Origin: Collinsella sp.
Lineage (GTDB): Bacteria; Actinomycetota; Coriobacteriia; Coriobacteriales; Coriobacteriaceae
Reading direction: 5' to 3'
Length of the DNA stretch: 64,000 nt
Assembly: GCA_048189585.1 (NCBI GenBank)
Contig: DBEZHA010000007.1
Span: 82,053 to 146,052, forward strand
This document shows, in pieces, positions 17,292 to 28,118 of the stretch; positions within the stretch are counted from its first letter, which is position 1; the number at the start of each line of letters is the position of its first letter. Made by a program: the position numbers and the translations under genes. Below the pieces are notes generated by a model. That model worked only from the letters and a program-made list of their open reading frames with translations. It searched no databases and was not told where the DNA came from.

Positions 17292-18206
17292 ATGGGGGAG
17301 AACGTGCTCAAGTTCGGTACCTACGTCCGTGTTGGAAACGCGGCCGAAGCCTATGAGCTCTTGCAGAAGAACCGCAACAACAAGATTGTGGGCGGCGGCA
17401 TCTGGATGCGCCTGGGTTCGCGTCGCGTGGCGACGGCGATTGACCTTTCGGCCTGCGGACTCGATCAGATCGAGGAGACCCAGACCGAGTTTCGCATCGG
17501 TGCCATGTGCACCCTGCGCCAGCTCGAGCGTCATGCCGGGCTCAACGCGCTTGTCAACAATGTCTTTGAGTTCGCCGTCCACGACATCGTGGGCGTGCAG
17601 CTGCGCAACACCGCCACGGTGGGCGGCAGCATCTACGGCCGCTTTGGCTTCTCGGACGTTCTCTCCGCCTTTCTCGCGCTCGATTCCTATGTTGAGCTGA
17701 CGGGCGCCGGTCGCGTGCCGCTTGTCGAGTTCGTGGACATGGGCTACGTGCGTGACGTGATCGAGCACGTGGTGGTCGTTAAGCACGACTACTGTGCAAG
17801 CTACGAGGCCGTGCGCAAGGCCGCGACCGACTTCCCCTCGCTCAATGTCACCGCCGCCTGGTGGGACGGCTCCTGGCATGTCACCGTGGGTGCCCGCCCG
17901 CTGCGCGCGACCCTGCTGCAGGGCGAGGCATCTGGCCTCACCAGCGAGCAGCCTTCCGAGGACGAGCTTCGCGCCCTTGCCGCATCCGTACGCTCGCTGA
18001 GCTACGGCACCAACATGTGGGGCTCGGCCGACTACCGTCGCCGCATCTCGGCCCCGCTTGCCGTCCAGGCCGTGCGCCGCGCCGCCGGCATCGAGCTTTC
18101 TGCCGCGCTTGCCCGCGAGCTCGAGACCGTGCAGGTCCCCAAGTTTGCCACGGACGAGTATTCCTGCCGCCGCGTGCCCGGCGTCGATTCTAGCGAGGTG
18201 CGCTAA
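17292..18206 (+). CDS. Xanthine dehydrogenase family FAD-binding subunit (YgfM-like)
   Basis: IVGGG, RIGAMCTL, QLRNTATVGG, GSADYRR. Confidence 0.85.
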   Translation: MGENVLKFGTYVRVGNAAEAYELLQKNRNNKIVGGGIWMRLGSRRVATAIDLSACGLDQIEETQTEFRIGAMCTLRQLERHAGLNALVNNVFEFAVHDIVGVQLRNTATVGGSIYGRFGFSDVLSAFLALDSYVELTGAGRVPLVEFVDMGYVRDVIEHVVVVKHDYCASYEAVRKAATDFPSLNVTAAWWDGSWHVTVGARPLRATLLQGEASGLTSEQPSEDELRALAASVRSLSYGTNMWGSADYRRRISAPLAVQAVRRAAGIELSAALARELETVQVPKFATDEYSCRRVPGVDSSEVR

Positions 18207-21037
18207 TGACTGCCAAACTCATCGATCTTTCCTTTACGCTCAACGGCCGTAAGGTCAAGGTTCAGATTGCCCCCGACACCATGCTCTTTGCACTGTTGCG
18301 CGAGCAGGGTTGTGCGTCGGTGCGCTGCGCCTGTGAGACCACCAACTGCGGCCTGTGCACGGTGTGGCTCGACGGCGACCCGGTGCTGAGCTGCTCGGTT
18401 CCCGCCGCGCGCGTTGAGGGCCGCTCCATCACCACGCTCGAGGGCCTCAAGGCCGAGTCCGAGGCACTGGCCCGTGCGATGGCTGCCGAAGGCGCCGAGC
18501 AGTGTGGTTTTTGCGCTCCCGGCCTCATCATGAACGTGCTGGCGCTTGCCCGAGCCGCCAAGGAGGACCCGAGCCTCGTCGCCACGCGCGAGGAACTCTC
18601 GCGCCAGCTCGCCGGCAACCTCTGCCGCTGCAGCGGTTACGAGAGCCAGCTGCGCGCCATCGTGCGCTTCCTCAACGAGTCTGGCGTGCAGGTTGGCTTT
18701 GAGATGCCCGAGCTGCCCGTCAACGAGACGAGCTCCGACGGTGTCGCGTACAAGCAGATCACCAAGAAGCAGCCCAAGAAGGACTCGAAGGCCCTGCTCG
18801 AGGGTCGTCCCGTCTACACCGGCGATATGGTGCCCGCCGGCGCACTCATCGTCAAGCTCAAGCGCAGCCCGTATGCGCGCGCCAAGATCCGCTCAATCGA
18901 TACGTCGCGCGCCCTGAAGGTTCCCGGCGTGGTGGGCGTCTACACCTACGAGGACGTGCCCAAGCGCCGCTTTACCATCGCCGGCCAGAGCTATCCGCAG
19001 CCGAGTCCCTATGACCGCTTGATCCTCGAGAACCTGGTGCGCTACCAAAACGAGGAGGTGGCGATCGTCGCCGCCGAGACCGAGGAGGCCGCCGACAAGG
19101 CGCTCAAGCTCATCAAGGTCGACTATGAGGTGCTTGAGCCGCTGCTCGACTTTACCCAGGCGCTCGATAACGACATCGTGGTCCACCCCGAGGGCGACGT
19201 GACCTTTATGTTCCCGCAGGGCGGCGACGTTGCTCGCAACCTGGTGTGCAGCGGTACCAGCGATTATGGCGCTCTGGACGAGGCCTTCGCCCAGAGCGAC
19301 ATCGTCTTCACCCGCACCTACACCAGCCAGGCCACGCAGACCTCGCCCATGGAAACTTTCCGCGCCTTCGCGACGACCGACGCGTTTGGGCGTATCTCGG
19401 TGACCACCTCCACGCAGGTGCCCTTCCACGTGCGCCGCATGGTCGCTCAGTCGCTCGATATCCCGCAGTCGCAGGTGCAGGTCATTAAGCCGCGCATCGG
19501 CGGCGGCTTTGGCTCCAAGCAGACGGGCTGCTGCGAGATCTTCGTGGCGTTCGTCACCCAGCAGACCGGCCGTCCGAGCTACTGCTGCTATACCCGCGAG
19601 GAGACCATCACCGCGGGCAACTCGCGCCACCAGATGCAGATGACCGTTAAGCTGGGCGCCATGAACGACGGCACCATCACGGCCATCGATCTGCATACGC
19701 TGTCCAACGCCGGGGCCTATGGCGAGCATGCCACCACGACGATCGGCCTCTCGGGCCACAAGAGCCTGCCCATCTACAACCACGTGAAGGCGAGCCGCTT
19801 TAGCTGGGACGCCGTCTACACCAATACCAACCGCGGCGGAGCGTATCGCGGTTACGGTGCCACCCAGGGCCAGTTTGCCGTGGAGAGCGCTGTCAACGAG
19901 CTCGCCGACATGCTGCACATGGACCCCGCCGACCTGCGCCTTAAGAACATCGTGCGCGAGGGCGAGATCATGCCGCAGTACTACAACGAGAAACTCAACG
20001 CCTGCGCGCTCGACCGCTGCCTGCTGCGCGCGATGGACATGATCGGCTGGCGCGACAAGCCGCTGGCCGTGGACCTGGGCGACCGCGTGCGCGCCCTGGG
20101 CTGCGCGCTTACCATGCAGGGCTCGGGCATCTCCAACGTGGATATCGCCGGCATCGACATGCGCCTTGAAGAGGACGGCTTCATTACCATTGGCACCGGC
20201 GCCACCGATAACGGCATGGGCGTCGACACGATCCTGGCGCAGATTGCCGCCGAGGAGCTGGGCGTGGAGAGTTCAATGATTGTGGTACGCGGCGTGGACA
20301 CCGACGTGTCGCCGTTCGATGCCGGCTCGTACGCGAGCTCCGGTACCTACGTGACGGGCCTTGCCGCCAAGAACGCCGCGACCGAGCTGCGTGAGAAGGT
20401 CTGCGCCAAGGCCGCCCAGATGTGGGACGTGGACGCCGCCGACGTGGTCTTTGATGGTCAGTACGTGCGCCTGTCCGACGAGCGTGCCGCGCGTGAGCAG
20501 AACCGCTACCTCACGCTGCGCGACTTTGCCAACCTGTGCGTCAAGAACATCGCAGGCGGCGACGCGCTCACCTCGCACGCCTCAGCCTGCCTGCCCGTTT
20601 CGCCCCCGCCGTTTATGGCCGGCATTGCCGAGGTCGAGGTCGACAAGGCTACCGGCAAGGTGACCGTGGTGGATTACGCGGCGGCTGTGGACTGCGGCAC
20701 CGTGATCAACGAGGCGCTCGCGCGCGTCCAGGCCGAGGGCGGCATTGCCCAGGGCATCGGTCACGCGCTCTACGAGATCGTCGAGCACGACGACCGCGGC
20801 CGCCTGCGCACCGGGAACTTTATGAGCTACAAGCTGCCCGCGCGCCTGGATATCGGCAGCATTCGCGTGGCCTTTGAGCCGAGCTACGAGCCGACGGGCC
20901 CGTTTGGTGCCAAATCGATCGGCGAGGTCGTCATCAACACGCCGCTCGCCGCCGTTGCCTCGGCCGTGGCACACGCTACCGGACATCAGGTTCGCTCACT
21001 GCCCATCACGCCCGAGAAAGCGCTGCTGGGGGAGTAG
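18206..21037 (+). CDS. Xanthine dehydrogenase family fused [2Fe-2S] + molybdopterin subunit (XdhD-like)
   Basis: CETTNCGLC, QCGFCAPG, NLCRCSGY, GGGFGSKQ, AYRGYG, GPFGAKSIGE. Confidence 0.9.
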   Translation: MTAKLIDLSFTLNGRKVKVQIAPDTMLFALLREQGCASVRCACETTNCGLCTVWLDGDPVLSCSVPAARVEGRSITTLEGLKAESEALARAMAAEGAEQCGFCAPGLIMNVLALARAAKEDPSLVATREELSRQLAGNLCRCSGYESQLRAIVRFLNESGVQVGFEMPELPVNETSSDGVAYKQITKKQPKKDSKALLEGRPVYTGDMVPAGALIVKLKRSPYARAKIRSIDTSRALKVPGVVGVYTYEDVPKRRFTIAGQSYPQPSPYDRLILENLVRYQNEEVAIVAAETEEAADKALKLIKVDYEVLEPLLDFTQALDNDIVVHPEGDVTFMFPQGGDVARNLVCSGTSDYGALDEAFAQSDIVFTRTYTSQATQTSPMETFRAFATTDAFGRISVTTSTQVPFHVRRMVAQSLDIPQSQVQVIKPRIGGGFGSKQTGCCEIFVAFVTQQTGRPSYCCYTREETITAGNSRHQMQMTVKLGAMNDGTITAIDLHTLSNAGAYGEHATTTIGLSGHKSLPIYNHVKASRFSWDAVYTNTNRGGAYRGYGATQGQFAVESAVNELADMLHMDPADLRLKNIVREGEIMPQYYNEKLNACALDRCLLRAMDMIGWRDKPLAVDLGDRVRALGCALTMQGSGISNVDIAGIDMRLEEDGFITIGTGATDNGMGVDTILAQIAAEELGVESSMIVVRGVDTDVSPFDAGSYASSGTYVTGLAAKNAATELREKVCAKAAQMWDVDAADVVFDGQYVRLSDERAAREQNRYLTLRDFANLCVKNIAGGDALTSHASACLPVSPPPFMAGIAEVEVDKATGKVTVVDYAAAVDCGTVINEALARVQAEGGIAQGIGHALYEIVEHDDRGRLRTGNFMSYKLPARLDIGSIRVAFEPSYEPTGPFGAKSIGEVVINTPLAAVASAVAHATGHQVRSLPITPEKALLGE

Positions 21038-21069
21038 ACGAGCAGACCGCCGCTCTTTGTCTAGCCCGG

Positions 21070-21239
21070 GGAAACTGCAGCCCACTTTTCGACCGAATTG
21101 TGGGCTGCAGTTTCCGTTTGAGGCCCTCGGCGGAAAGTGCATCCCGGAATAGGGGCTCAAAACGGGTTGCAGTTTCCGGTTGATGGCTATAGCGGAAATC
21201 GTGTCCCATTCCGAGGCCCCAAACCGGGACACGCTTTCC
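21070..21239. repeat. Three tandem 46-bp palindromic units, period 62 bp
   Basis: Units at 21070-21115, 21132-21177 and 21194-21239; consensus GGAAACTGCAGCCC-N18-GGGCTGCAGTTTCC with 16-bp linkers. Confidence 0.85.
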
Positions 21240-21279
21240 GGCACATGGCCAGCACCGCCAGACTGCCGAGTCGCACCGA

Positions 21280-21346
21280 AGTTGCGGTGGAATAGTTCCT
21301 GTTTTGGAGGACTGGAGCCCCAAACAGGAACTATTCCACCGCAACT
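21280..21346. repeat. 67-bp palindromic repeat family B, copy 2
   Basis: AGTTGCGGTGGAATAGTTCCTGTTT...AAACAGGAACTATTCCACCGCAACT. Confidence 0.9.
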
Positions 21347-21450
21347 TATGAGATGGGATGCCTTGCGCTCGTGGTGAGGTCGTGAGCTTGTAAAAGGTGT
21401 GCGTGCGCTTGCCGTTCGTATCTGCTATCATTCCTAATCTGTGCGCTCAT

Positions 21451-21534
21451 GCGGGCGTGGCGGAATTGGTAGACGCGCCAGATTTAGGTTCTGGTGGGAT
21501 TCCCGTGAAGGTTCGAGTCCTTTCGCCCGCACCA
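21451..21534 (+). tRNA. tRNA-Leu (anticodon TAG)
   Basis: GCGGGCG acceptor, D loop GGAATTGGTAGAC, anticodon arm CCAGA-TTTAGGT-TCTGG, variable arm, GGTTCGAGTCC, ACCA end. Confidence 0.96.
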
Positions 21535-21625
21535 ACGCACCGGCGTCGGCCTCGGCCGTCGCGACACTTTGTTGCATAAAGGTACCAGCACCTCAGATAA
21601 GCTGGGCAGTATGAGGAGGAACGTG

Positions 21626-22924
21626 TTGAACATCACCGCTTCTGACGTCAAGGACGCCAAGCTCACCGCTACGGTCACCATCCCGGCCGCCGACGTCGAC
21701 GCCGCGATCAAGAAGGCCTACAAGGACACCGCCAAGAAGTACCGCTTCCCGGGCTTCCGTGCCGGCAAGGCCCCCCGTCCGGTCATCGACTCCGCTCTTG
21801 GCGCCGAGGCTACCCTCGCTCAGGCCACCAACGACCTGATCGCCGCCAACGAGCCCGCCGTCCTCAACGAGCTGGACATCGTCCCCACCAAGAACGGTGA
21901 CTACAAGGAGCTCGACCTCGCCAAGGATCACGAGGACTACACCTACACCGTCGAGTTCTCCCTGCGTCCCGCTGCCGAGCTTTCCTCCTTCGACGCCGTC
22001 GAGATCGAGATGCCCCCTGCGGAGGTCACCGAGTCCGAGATCAACAACCAGGTCGAGATGCTCCTCAACTACCGTGCCACCTTTGAGGACGTCGAGGGTC
22101 GCGCCGTCGAGGCCGAGGACTACGTCACCGTCGACCTCAAGGCCGTCGAGAACGCCGACAACTTTGCCGCCGAGGGCCGCATGCTCATCGCCGGTAGCGA
22201 CAGCAACCCCAAGGAGTTCAACGAGGCCCTGATTGGCGCTAACGTTGACGACGTCAAGACCGTCACCTGGACCGACGAGGTCGAGGAGGGCGAGGAGGCC
22301 GAGACCCACACCGTCGAGGTCACCGTCAAGGGCATCAAGGTCCGCAACACCCCCGAGCTCACCGACGAGCTTGTCAAGTCCGACTTTGGCTTCGACAGCA
22401 TCGATGCCATGCGCGACGCCATTAAGATCGAGATCGAGCAGGACAAGGCTTCCCGCCTGCCGGCCGAGAAGGAGAACCGTTGCGTCTCCGCTCTTGCTGA
22501 GCGTCTGCAGCTCGACGAGATGGACGCCGACTACGAGCAGTCCGTCTTTGAGGAGCTTGGCCAGAACTTCCTGTCCAACCTTGCTGCCCGCGGCATGACC
22601 CTGGACACCTGGCTTCCCGCTTCCGGTCTGACCATGGAGCAGTTCATCGGCGACCTGCACAAGCAGGCCAACGACGTTGCCCGTGAGTCCCTGGCTCTGG
22701 ACGCCCTCGCCCGCGAGCTCAAGATTGAGGTTACCGAGGACGACGTCAACGCCGAGTTCGAGAAGGCTGGCGTCAAGGACGTCGAGGCTTCCAAGGCCGA
22801 GTTCATCGCCGATGGCCGCATGCCTGCCGTCCGCGAGTCCATCCGTCGCTCCAAGGCCGTCGACCACCTGGTCGAGAACGCCAAGGTGACCGAGGTCGAC
22901 GAGACCGCCAAGGACGCCGAGTAA
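21626..22924 (+). CDS. tig: Trigger factor
   Basis: PGFRAGKAP ribosome-binding motif; tRNA-tig-clpP-clpX synteny; start uncertain (GTG 21623 or TTG 21626 after GAGGAGG). Confidence 0.92.
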   Translation: MNITASDVKDAKLTATVTIPAADVDAAIKKAYKDTAKKYRFPGFRAGKAPRPVIDSALGAEATLAQATNDLIAANEPAVLNELDIVPTKNGDYKELDLAKDHEDYTYTVEFSLRPAAELSSFDAVEIEMPPAEVTESEINNQVEMLLNYRATFEDVEGRAVEAEDYVTVDLKAVENADNFAAEGRMLIAGSDSNPKEFNEALIGANVDDVKTVTWTDEVEEGEEAETHTVEVTVKGIKVRNTPELTDELVKSDFGFDSIDAMRDAIKIEIEQDKASRLPAEKENRCVSALAERLQLDEMDADYEQSVFEELGQNFLSNLAARGMTLDTWLPASGLTMEQFIGDLHKQANDVARESLALDALARELKIEVTEDDVNAEFEKAGVKDVEASKAEFIADGRMPAVRESIRRSKAVDHLVENAKVTEVDETAKDAE

Positions 22925-23087
22925 TTCTCGCCACCTTGCCCGCGAGCGCATGCGTGCGCCCGTGATGGGGTAAAGTTATACACCGGTTATCCGGTTGCTT
23001 CGTACGGTGCCAGCCAATGCATAGCATGCGGGCACCGTACGTTTATCTAGAACCAATTTGGTCCGCAAGAGAGAAATGGAGATGCGT

Positions 23088-23708
23088 ATGATCGCCAAGT
23101 TCGATTCCGCCCTCGTGCCATACGTTATCGAGCAGACGCCGCGCGGCGAGCGCAGCTACGATATCTATTCGCGCCTGCTCAACGACCGCATCATCTTCTT
23201 GGGCGAGGAGATCAACTCCGTCAGCGCCAACCTGGTCGTTGCCCAGCTGCTGCATCTTGAGAGCCAGGATGCCGAGAAGGATATCTCGCTCTACATCAAT
23301 TCGCCCGGTGGCGAGGTCTACTCCGGCCTGGCGATTCTGGACACCATGAACTTCATCAAGCCGCAGGTCTCGACCATTTGCGTCGGTATGGCCGCGTCTA
23401 TGGCCGCCGTGCTGCTTTCGGCTGGCGCCAAGGGCAAGCGCTTCTGCCTGCCGCACTCCAAGGTTATGATTCACCAGCCCAGCGGCGGTGCCCAGGGTCA
23501 GCAGACCGAGATCGAGATCGTGGCCGAGGAGATCAAGAAGACCCGTCGCGAGCTCAACCAGATCCTGTCCGACGCCTCGGGCCAGCCTATCGAGAAGGTC
23601 CAGGCCGATACCGAGCGCGACAACTACCTGTCCGCTGCCGAGGCCCTCGACTACGGCCTGATCGACCGTATCGTCACCTCGCGCGACCTCGCCGCGAAGG
23701 ACGCCTAG
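23088..23708 (+). CDS. clpP: ATP-dependent Clp protease proteolytic subunit
   Basis: [21 protein letters not shown] (catalytic Ser), MIHQP, ERD. Confidence 0.97.
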   Translation: MIAKFDSALVPYVIEQTPRGERSYDIYSRLLNDRIIFLGEEINSVSANLVVAQLLHLESQDAEKDISLYINSPGGEVYSGLAILDTMNFIKPQVSTICVGMAASMAAVLLSAGAKGKRFCLPHSKVMIHQPSGGAQGQQTEIEIVAEEIKKTRRELNQILSDASGQPIEKVQADTERDNYLSAAEALDYGLIDRIVTSRDLAAKDA

Positions 23709-23709
23709 G

Positions 23710-25116
23710 ATGGCCGGTAACATGCAGGACAACTTCGACGAGAACGGCAACCCCATCCGCTGCTCCTTCTGCGGAAAAGAGCAGGGCCAGGTTCGTCGCC
23801 TCGTAAAGGGCCCGACCAACATCTTTATCTGTGACGAGTGCGTCGCCGCCTGTTCCGAGATTCTGGAGGAGTCGCTGGCTTCGGACTTTATGGACGCTGC
23901 CCGCAACGGCAAACTGCCAGGCTTCCTCAACGACCACGGTCAGGCTGCATCCCAGCCGGCTGTGGACCCCGAGACCGAGGGCTTTGAGCTTGAGGACGAC
24001 CGTCAGGTCATCACACACGTGCCGACGCCGCACGAGATCTATGACGAGCTTTCGGCCTATGTCATGGGTCAGGAAGACGCCAAGCGTGCCATGTCGGTGG
24101 CCGTGTACAACCACTATCGCCGCGTGATCGAGGGCGGCGCTGCGCTTTCGGCCTTTGACGACGGCGTGGGCTCGCAGTTCGACGACGATATGGACGAGGT
24201 GGAGCTCGCCAAGTCCAACATCCTGCTGCTCGGTCCCACCGGTACCGGCAAGACCCTGTTGGCCCAGACGCTCGCGCGCATTCTCGAGGTGCCGTTTGCC
24301 ATCGCCGACGCCACCGCGCTCACCGAGGCCGGCTACGTGGGCGAGGACGTGGAGAACATCCTGCTCAAGCTCATCAATGCTGCCGATGGTGACATTGAGC
24401 GCGCACAGGTGGGCATCATCTATGTGGACGAGATCGACAAGATCGCCCGCAAGGCCGAGAACCTCTCCATTACCCGCGACGTTTCGGGCGAGGGCGTTCA
24501 GCAGGCGCTGCTTAAGATTCTTGAGGGCACGGTGGCAAGTGTTCCGCCCACCGGCGGCCGCAAGCATCCCCAGCAGGAGCTGCTGCAGCTCGACACGACC
24601 AACATCTTGTTTATCTGCGGCGGTGCCTTTGTGGGTCTGGACAAGATCATCGCCGATCGCGTGGGCAACAAGGGCGTGGGCTTTAACTCCGAGATCGCCG
24701 GCCCCACCTCGGTCGACGAGAACGACCTGCTGCGTCAGGTGCTCCCGCAGGACCTCAACGCCTTTGGCATGATCCCCGAGTTTGTGGGACGTACGCCCGT
24801 CGTCACCCAGACGCAGGCGCTCGACGAGGACGACCTGGTGTCGATCCTGACCGAGCCCAAGAATGCCGTGGTACGTCAGTACTGCAAGATGTTCCAGCTC
24901 GAGGACGTTGAGCTTGAGTTTGAGGACGCCGCCCTGCACGAGATCGCCCGTATGGCGCTCGCCCGCAAGACCGGCGCCCGCGGCCTGCGCTCCATCTGCG
25001 AGGACGTGCTGCAGCAGACGATGTTCGACCTCCCCAGCGAGGAAGGTGTCGTCAAGGTCATCGTGACCGAAGCCTCCGTCAAGGGCGAAGAACAGCCCCA
25101 GCGCATCTACGGGTAA
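23710..25116 (+). CDS. clpX: ATP-dependent Clp protease ATP-binding subunit
   Basis: CSFCGK..ICDEC zinc finger, [37 protein letters not shown]. Confidence 0.97.
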   Translation: MAGNMQDNFDENGNPIRCSFCGKEQGQVRRLVKGPTNIFICDECVAACSEILEESLASDFMDAARNGKLPGFLNDHGQAASQPAVDPETEGFELEDDRQVITHVPTPHEIYDELSAYVMGQEDAKRAMSVAVYNHYRRVIEGGAALSAFDDGVGSQFDDDMDEVELAKSNILLLGPTGTGKTLLAQTLARILEVPFAIADATALTEAGYVGEDVENILLKLINAADGDIERAQVGIIYVDEIDKIARKAENLSITRDVSGEGVQQALLKILEGTVASVPPTGGRKHPQQELLQLDTTNILFICGGAFVGLDKIIADRVGNKGVGFNSEIAGPTSVDENDLLRQVLPQDLNAFGMIPEFVGRTPVVTQTQALDEDDLVSILTEPKNAVVRQYCKMFQLEDVELEFEDAALHEIARMALARKTGARGLRSICEDVLQQTMFDLPSEEGVVKVIVTEASVKGEEQPQRIYG

Positions 25117-25137
25117 ACCATCCTAAAACGTGTTTGT

Positions 25138-25174
25138 AAATAGCCTCTGACCACCCGCGGTCGGAGGCTATTTT
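25138..25174 (+). terminator. Intrinsic terminator after clpX
   Basis: AAATAGCCTCTGACC...GGTCGGAGGCTATTTT. Confidence 0.75.
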
Positions 25175-25266
25175 ATATATGCGCAATAACCCCAACTACC
25201 TGTGTTATTCTGTGTGTTTGTTTAAGCCTCAGCGAAGTCATTCAGACTGAAGTAATCGATACCTAA

Positions 25267-25382
25267 GGGGAGGAATGTAGGCCCGATTTTCGTAGATTCC
25301 GCACGAGCCGAAGACCACTTAATGTGGTCTTCGAGCGAGCCCAGGACCTGACCGAGCGAAAATCGGGCCTACATTCCTCCCC
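25267..25382. repeat. Long stem-loop element upstream of valS (family D)
   Basis: Perfect 26-bp terminal IR and central CGAAGACCAC-TTAAT-GTGGTCTTCG hairpin. Confidence 0.85.
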
Positions 25383-25402
25383 GACGGGCAAGGGAGAGAT
25401 AT

Positions 25403-28099
25403 ATGGAAGAAATGCCCAAGAACTACGATCCGTCGACCAACGAGCCGGCGATCCTGCAGAAGTGGCTCGACGGCGGCTACTACAAGCGCCGTGAGGGCGT
25501 GGGCGACTGCACCGTCACCATTCCGCCTCCCAACGTTACCGGCAAGCTCCACATGGGTCACGCCACCGACGATTCCATCCAGGACGCCATCATCCGTATG
25601 GCCCGCATGCGCGGCAAGTCCACGCGTTGGGTGCTGGGTACCGACCACGCCGGTATCGCCACGCAGACCAAGGTCGACAAGAAGCTCAAGAGTGAGGGCA
25701 TCAGCCGCCTGGAGATCGGCCGCGACAAGTTTGTCGACGCTTGCTGGGATTGGACCCACGAGTACGGCGGCATCATCGTCGAGCAGATCAAGCGTATGGG
25801 CTGCTCCGTCGACTTTGATAACGAGCGCTTTACCATGGACGAGGACTATGCCCAGGCCGTGCGCAAGGTCTTCTGCGACTGGTACCACGACGGCCTGATC
25901 TACCGTGGCAAGCGCATCGTCAACTGGTGCCCCAACTGCACCACCGCCATCTCGGACGACGAGGCCGAATATGAGGACGAGAAGGGCCACCTGTGGCACC
26001 TGCGCTACCCGCTGACCGAGCCGGTCAACGGCCAGGATTACATCGTCGTCGCCACCACGCGCCCCGAGACCATGCTTGGCGACACGGGCGTCGCTGTCTC
26101 CCCGAAGGACCCCGAGAAGGCCGCCTTTGTGGGTAAGACCGTCAAGCTCCCCATCGTCGACCGCGAGATCCCCATCTTTGAGGATTGGCATGTCGACGCC
26201 AATTTCGGTTCTGGCTTTGTCAAGGTCACCCCGGCCCACGACCCCAACGACTACGCCATGGGTCAGGCCCACGACCTGCCGCAGATCAACATCTTTGACG
26301 AGCACGCGGTGGTCGTCGAGGGCTATGGCGAGTTTACCGGCATGACCCGCGAGGAGTGCCGCGAAGCCGTCATCAAGTGGTTCGACGAGCATGGCCTGCT
26401 CGATCATGTCGAGGACCACGACCATTCCGTCATGCACTGCTACCGCTGCGACGCCGCGCTTGAGCCGTGGCTGTCCGAGCAGTGGTTTGTGGCCGTCGAC
26501 AAGCTCAAGGGGCCGGCGCTCGACGCCGTCAACTCCGGCAAGGTCACCTTCCACCCCGCGCGCTGGACGCAGACCTACACCACCTGGATGGAGAACCTCA
26601 AGGACTGGTGCATTAGCCGTCAGCTGTGGTGGGGCCACCGCATCCCCGTGTTCTACTGCGAGGACTGCGGCTGGGAGGACGCCCTGACCGAGGACACCGA
26701 CGTGTGCCCCAAGTGCGGTGGCCATCACGTGCATCAGGACGAGAACGTGCTGGACACCTGGTTCAGCTCGCAGCTGTGGACCTTCGCCACGCAGGGTTGG
26801 CCGCAAAAGCCCGAGCTGCTCGAGGGCCATCACCCCACGACGGCGCTCGTCACCGCGCGCGACATCATCGCGCTGTGGGTTGCCCGCATGGTCATGAGCT
26901 CGCTGTACTTCCTGGACGAGGTGCCGTTTAAGGACGTCGTCATCTACCCGACGATTCTGGCCAAGGACGGCAGCCGCATGTCCAAGTCCAAGGGCAACGG
27001 CGTTGACCCCATGGACCTCATCGGTATGTACGGTGCCGACGCTATGCGCTACAACCTGCTGACGCTGTGCACCAACAACCAGGACGTCAAGTTCGACGCG
27101 AACATCGATAAGAAGACCAAGAAGCTTATCGATAGCCCGCGCACCGAGCAGGCCAAGTCGTTTGTGACTAAGATCTGGAACGCAAGCCGCTTCCTGCTCA
27201 TGAACATGGAGGGCTACACGCCCGGCGAGCCCGTCGTGGAGACGCCGGCTGACGCTTGGATGTTCAGCCGCCTGGCCAAGGCTGTGAAGATGGTCACCGA
27301 GGGCATCGAGAACTACACCTTTGGCGACATGGCCCGCGGCGTGCAGCAGTTCTTCTGGAACGAGGTCTGCGACTGGTACGTCGAGGTCACCAAGGCCCGT
27401 CTGAAGGGCGAGGGCCGTCTGCAGGCTCAGCGCAACCTGATCTTTGTGCTCGACACCTCCATTCGCCTGATGCACCCGCTTATGCCGTTTGTCACCGAGG
27501 AGATCTGGGACAACATGCCGGCGAGCGTGCTCGACCTGGACGCCGAGGGCAACGTTGACCGTGCCGAGGCGCTCATGATCGCCAAGTGGCCGGAGCCCGC
27601 CGACTACGCCAAGTATGTTGACGAGGACGCCGAGCGCGCGTTTGAGCTGTGCCGCACCGTCGTTTCCGCCGCCCGCGCCACGCGTTCGCGTTATCGCTTG
27701 AGCCCCAAGGCCGAGCTCGACGTGGTCGTGCGCGCCGGTGCCGAGGACATCGAGAAGCTTGAGAGCCTTCGCTCGACCATTGAACCGCTGGCGAACACCG
27801 CCTCGCTGGTCATGGGCACCGACGTTGAGAAGCCGGCCGCGAGCATCGCCGTGGTCGACAGTGGCGTCGAGGTCTTTGTGGTGCTCGAGGGCAAGGTTGA
27901 CCTTTCGGCCGAGAAGGCACGCCTGGAGAAGGAGATTGCCGCGGCTCAGAAGGAGCTCGCCGGCTGCGAGAAGACGCTGGCCAACGAGGGCTTTGTGGCC
28001 AAGGCCGCGCCCGCGGTGGTCCAGAAGAAGAGGGACCGTGCAGCTGAGCTCAAGGAGATCCTGGCGGCGCTGAACTCGCAGGTTGCTGACTTCTCGTAG
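25403..28099 (+). CDS. valS: Valine--tRNA ligase
   Basis: PPPNVTGKLHMGHA, DHAGIATQ, WCISRQLWWGHRIP, RMSKS, C-terminal coiled coil. Confidence 0.98.
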   Translation: MEEMPKNYDPSTNEPAILQKWLDGGYYKRREGVGDCTVTIPPPNVTGKLHMGHATDDSIQDAIIRMARMRGKSTRWVLGTDHAGIATQTKVDKKLKSEGISRLEIGRDKFVDACWDWTHEYGGIIVEQIKRMGCSVDFDNERFTMDEDYAQAVRKVFCDWYHDGLIYRGKRIVNWCPNCTTAISDDEAEYEDEKGHLWHLRYPLTEPVNGQDYIVVATTRPETMLGDTGVAVSPKDPEKAAFVGKTVKLPIVDREIPIFEDWHVDANFGSGFVKVTPAHDPNDYAMGQAHDLPQINIFDEHAVVVEGYGEFTGMTREECREAVIKWFDEHGLLDHVEDHDHSVMHCYRCDAALEPWLSEQWFVAVDKLKGPALDAVNSGKVTFHPARWTQTYTTWMENLKDWCISRQLWWGHRIPVFYCEDCGWEDALTEDTDVCPKCGGHHVHQDENVLDTWFSSQLWTFATQGWPQKPELLEGHHPTTALVTARDIIALWVARMVMSSLYFLDEVPFKDVVIYPTILAKDGSRMSKSKGNGVDPMDLIGMYGADAMRYNLLTLCTNNQDVKFDANIDKKTKKLIDSPRTEQAKSFVTKIWNASRFLLMNMEGYTPGEPVVETPADAWMFSRLAKAVKMVTEGIENYTFGDMARGVQQFFWNEVCDWYVEVTKARLKGEGRLQAQRNLIFVLDTSIRLMHPLMPFVTEEIWDNMPASVLDLDAEGNVDRAEALMIAKWPEPADYAKYVDEDAERAFELCRTVVSAARATRSRYRLSPKAELDVVVRAGAEDIEKLESLRSTIEPLANTASLVMGTDVEKPAASIAVVDSGVEVFVVLEGKVDLSAEKARLEKEIAAAQKELAGCEKTLANEGFVAKAAPAVVQKKRDRAAELKEILAALNSQVADFS

Positions 28100-28118
28100 G
28101 TCTAACTTGGGGGCGCGT

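Noticed and set aside
21451..21534. tRNA used as an integration site for an island or prophage
   Set aside because: No integrase or duplicated tRNA 3' end seen; it is followed directly by the conserved tig-clpP-clpX block.
25175..25402. T-box riboswitch upstream of valS (also checked for thrS)
   Set aside because: No AGGGTGGNACC-type T-box or stem I motifs seen; the structure is a long terminal IR.
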